DNA of 45,714 bases from an uncultured Muribaculaceae bacterium. GTDB taxonomy: Bacteria; Pseudomonadota; Alphaproteobacteria; Rs-D84. Positions within the stretch are counted from its first letter, which is position 1. Each line of letters opens with the position of its first letter. The stretch lies in NCBI GenBank assembly GCA_964368045.1, contig CAYIZJ010000001.1, positions 1 to 45,714 on the forward strand, read 5' to 3'. The position numbers and the translations under genes are program-made. Shown here piece after piece: positions 43,544-45,714 of the stretch. The notes below the pieces were generated by a model that did no database searches, was not told the DNA's origin, and was given only the letters and a program-made list of their open reading frames with translations.

Positions 43544-44557
43544 ATGAAAAAATTATTATTATTTTTAACTTTGATACCAATTATTGCGGCATGCACAATG
43601 GGTGCAACATCATTAAATAAACCGGTTATCGGTGGTGGTGGGAATACCGGTGGAAACACTGGCGGGGATACAGGTGGTGACACTGGCGGAGACACCGGCA
43701 CCACATTACCATGGGAATTCAAAGGCTCACCAGCACTAAGCTTTAACCAAACCGTCACGAATATGAACACATCCGCACAGCTTGGCAACTATATCGCAAC
43801 TTTGACCAATTCCCGTCTTTCGTATTTTTCAAAGATTGGAATGAATGATTTTTCACCGCATATAGTTTTTAAATTAGATGAAGATAAAAAAATAATCGGC
43901 ATAAACAGTATGCGATTTGGCGAAGCCACGCAATGGGAAAGAATTGGAACAACGTCCGACTTTTACGATGAAAACGCATCAAAAATATACCGATTCCAAT
44001 CTTTTGGTAACGATCTAGGATTGATTTATTCTGATGCAGGAAAACTTTTAACCATCGATGATTATGGTAATGAAATTGCGGCTGCTCAATATTATCTGGG
44101 CGGATATCAGGCAAAGGAAATAATTTACGAAGATATGTCGAACGCTGTATTTACAGGCACAGCCAAAGGTTCTGTCAAATCGTCTGAATCAGGCACCGTT
44201 TTGAATTTAAAAGACACAAACGCAACCTTAATTTTTGATAGAAATACAAACACAGAAACATTGAATGCTGATTTTGACAACTGGTATAATATTACAGTTG
44301 AAAAACAAACAACTGATAATTTTCCAGGATTGCCTATTATAACACTTTCAACCGATTTGAATGACAGTGGAAAATCAATAAATTCAGCACATCAAATAAC
44401 AACTGATGGTGAAAAAAATCTAAACATCCGTTATTTTAAAAAAGACGATCCAGCAAACAATTTTGCCGAAGAAGCCGCTGCACTATATTTACATCAATAT
44501 GATGACGGTTCAAAACAGGTTGATACCGAAATATTCTTTGGCGGACAGGCGGAATAG
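43544..44557 (+). CDS. Surface-lipoprotein candidate, paralog 2
   Basis: 337 aa with the same signal and lipobox (LIPIIAAC). The linker is GGGGNTGGNTGGDTGGDTGGDTG. The C-terminal half is roughly 60% identical to paralog 1 by eye, and the last 44 nt of the two genes are identical. Confidence 0.6.
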   Translation: MKKLLLFLTLIPIIAACTMGATSLNKPVIGGGGNTGGNTGGDTGGDTGGDTGTTLPWEFKGSPALSFNQTVTNMNTSAQLGNYIATLTNSRLSYFSKIGMNDFSPHIVFKLDEDKKIIGINSMRFGEATQWERIGTTSDFYDENASKIYRFQSFGNDLGLIYSDAGKLLTIDDYGNEIAAAQYYLGGYQAKEIIYEDMSNAVFTGTAKGSVKSSESGTVLNLKDTNATLIFDRNTNTETLNADFDNWYNITVEKQTTDNFPGLPIITLSTDLNDSGKSINSAHQITTDGEKNLNIRYFKKDDPANNFAEEAAALYLHQYDDGSKQVDTEIFFGGQAE

Positions 44558-44562
44558 AAAAA

Positions 44563-44712
44563 TTATTTTACACGGCGGGCATTTGCTGGTAACAATTCAT
44601 TAACCATTGCTTTTTGCATTTCCAAAAATCTTTTTTCTTCTCTTCTGTCGACACGTTGCTTTCTTTCGCTCGACAGTTTACCTCTTTTGCTTTCGTGATA
44701 TTTCATTTTCAT
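44563..44712 (-). CDS. Possible small basic protein (49 aa)
   Basis: Hand translation of the minus strand gives MKMKYHESKRGKLSSERKQRVDRREEKRFLEMQKAMVNELLPANARRVK. A weak SD (AAGG) lies 8 nt upstream. The ORF is below the length cut-off of the ORF track. Confidence 0.3.
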   Translation of the reverse strand: MKMKYHESKRGKLSSERKQRVDRREEKRFLEMQKAMVNELLPANARRVK

Positions 44713-44839
44713 TTTTAAAACCTTTGATTTATGTTACCATCAAATTAAAACACTTTTATTTTTGTTTGTCAAATTTTTATTTCTTGAACTTTTTAACCTT
44801 TCGGTTTATTGTCCTTGTATAGAACAAAGGAGAAATTCT

Positions 44840-45226
44840 ATGAAAAAAATATTATCTGCTATATTGATTGCCTTTACATTGGTTGCATGCGGCAAGGACG
44901 AAACATTATCCAGCAAAACATACACGTTCACTGACGATAAAAACAATGTTCAAATTACATTGGGGTTTGACACAACCCAGCAAAGATATTTCGGTAATGT
45001 CGTAAACAGATTTTTCGGCACATACGAAACATCCGGCAAAGAACTTACATTTTCTGATGCGGGTTCAACCCGTATGATGGGTCCACAAAATGCGATGATA
45101 GCGGAACAAGAATTCTTTGCAATTTTGCCACAAATCGTTTCATACGAATTAAAAGGCGAAAAATTGATTTTAAAAACAGCTGACGATCAAGAATTTGAAT
45201 TCACCGAAACCCCATCGGATAAATAA
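44840..45226 (+). CDS. META-domain (HslJ-like) lipoprotein
   Basis: The start is at MKKILSAILIAFTLVAC (lipobox) with SD AAGGAGA upstream. The META-like core is NRFFGTYETSGKELTFSDAGSTRMMGPQNAMIAEQEFFAILPQIVSYELKGEKLIL. Confidence 0.65.
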   Translation: MKKILSAILIAFTLVACGKDETLSSKTYTFTDDKNNVQITLGFDTTQQRYFGNVVNRFFGTYETSGKELTFSDAGSTRMMGPQNAMIAEQEFFAILPQIVSYELKGEKLILKTADDQEFEFTETPSDK

Positions 45227-45249
45227 AATTAAATAAAAGGAATGACAAA

Positions 45250-45561
45250 ATGAAACAATTATTATCACTTGTTTTTATTATGACTCTTGGTGCATGCACA
45301 CTAAGTGACACATATGTAAAGCCAGACGTAGGACCAAATAATGTGGGAATTTATTCCAAAGAAATCAAACCTAAGGGGACCTGTGATTATTTTTTAAGCA
45401 TTAAAATGTCTGATGATTGTTCCCCAGACAAAATTGCGAATGAATACGGAATTGGCACAATAACAGAAATTAACACTCACTGGATTTATCCTATAATTCC
45501 TTTAATTATGTTTCAAGAAACAACCCTTACAGGAATTGTATACGAACCAACAAAAGAATAA
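45250..45561 (+). CDS. Small lipoprotein, function unknown
   Basis: 103 aa with a lipobox (FIMTLGAC) and SD AAAGGAA upstream. Confidence 0.55.
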   Translation: MKQLLSLVFIMTLGACTLSDTYVKPDVGPNNVGIYSKEIKPKGTCDYFLSIKMSDDCSPDKIANEYGIGTITEINTHWIYPIIPLIMFQETTLTGIVYEPTKE

Positions 45562-45567
45562 AAAAAA

Positions 45568-45600
45568 TAAAAACACCACCGAGCGGTGGTGTTTTTTTTA
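45568..45600. terminator. Rho-independent terminator (A-run / T-run flanked)
   Basis: AAACACCACC GAGC GGTGGTGTTT followed by T-run. Confidence 0.9.
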
Positions 45601-45714
45601 TTCTGGTGGATGCCCTGGGACTCGTCTTACTCCGTAAGGCTTGCGATAAATCGCTTTGCCTACTTCGTTTCGGTTAAACCAATTTGTAAAATTTTTTTAC
45701 GCTTCACTTTGTTT

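Noticed and set aside
43625-43705. Short tandem 12-nt repeats (GGTGGnAAyACy / GGyGGnGAyACn) considered as a CRISPR or VNTR
   Set aside because: There are no spacers and the repeat unit is far too short. It is in-frame coding for the Gly-rich lipoprotein tether. I kept it only as a possible length-polymorphic linker within the lipoprotein finding.
43459-43788. 109-aa minus-strand ORF with PVSPPVSPPVSPPVFPP repeats
   Set aside because: It is the reverse-complement reading of the GGNT/GGDT linker of the lipoprotein gene and spans the junction of two well-supported plus-strand genes.

Overview
This is an AT-rich (about one-third GC by eye), gene-dense chromosomal segment from a Gram-negative bacterium. 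It is probably an alphaproteobacterium of the Rickettsiales/Holosporales-like endosymbiont type. That inference rests on an RpoH with an RpoH box, a DUF4167-like protein, an MJ0042-type zinc ribbon with a DUF3426-like tail, and an lptF/G-lptD-surA block. No database search was possible, so every call comes from motifs read in the translated ORFs and the DNA. The housekeeping backbone is lpxD-fabZ, a Skp/OmpH-like chaperone, dnaX, two pseudouridine synthases, rsmE, der, rpoH, YfgM-like plus a short BamB-like protein, nusA-infB, lptF/G-lptD-surA-like-rlmN, and several OMPs and porins. No rRNA, canonical tRNA, CRISPR array, transposase or integrase was seen. Several uncharacterised envelope or surface modules sit between the housekeeping genes. 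(1) The best candidate for a new system is a tightly coupled operon (10329-15208) of three paralogous 400-450 aa proteins. Each has a type IV prepilin-like head and a shared central LNMxxxD(I/L)xN(V/T) motif. A zinc-ribbon membrane protein and a secreted Cys protein follow, and no pilus machinery is in view. (2) A genuine small type IV pilin is translationally coupled to an OmpA-like lipoprotein directly behind dnaX. (3) A family of large secreted Cys-rich proteins (269, 662 and 987 aa) carries repeated Cys modules. The largest ends in two glycine zippers flanking an acidic coiled coil. (4) An orphan VirD4/TraG-type coupling protein lies 1 nt from a lipoprotein pair (COG3014-like plus LpoB-like). 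(5) Four tandem divergent paralogous ~100-aa proteins sit where rbfA normally follows infB. (6) Two tandem TbpB/fHbp-like lipoprotein paralogs have GGNT/GGDT linkers and identical ends. Smaller signals are an A8 slippery run in dnaX, a terminator-like hairpin in the nusA leader, and a palindromic-repeat spacer between two convergent terminators.
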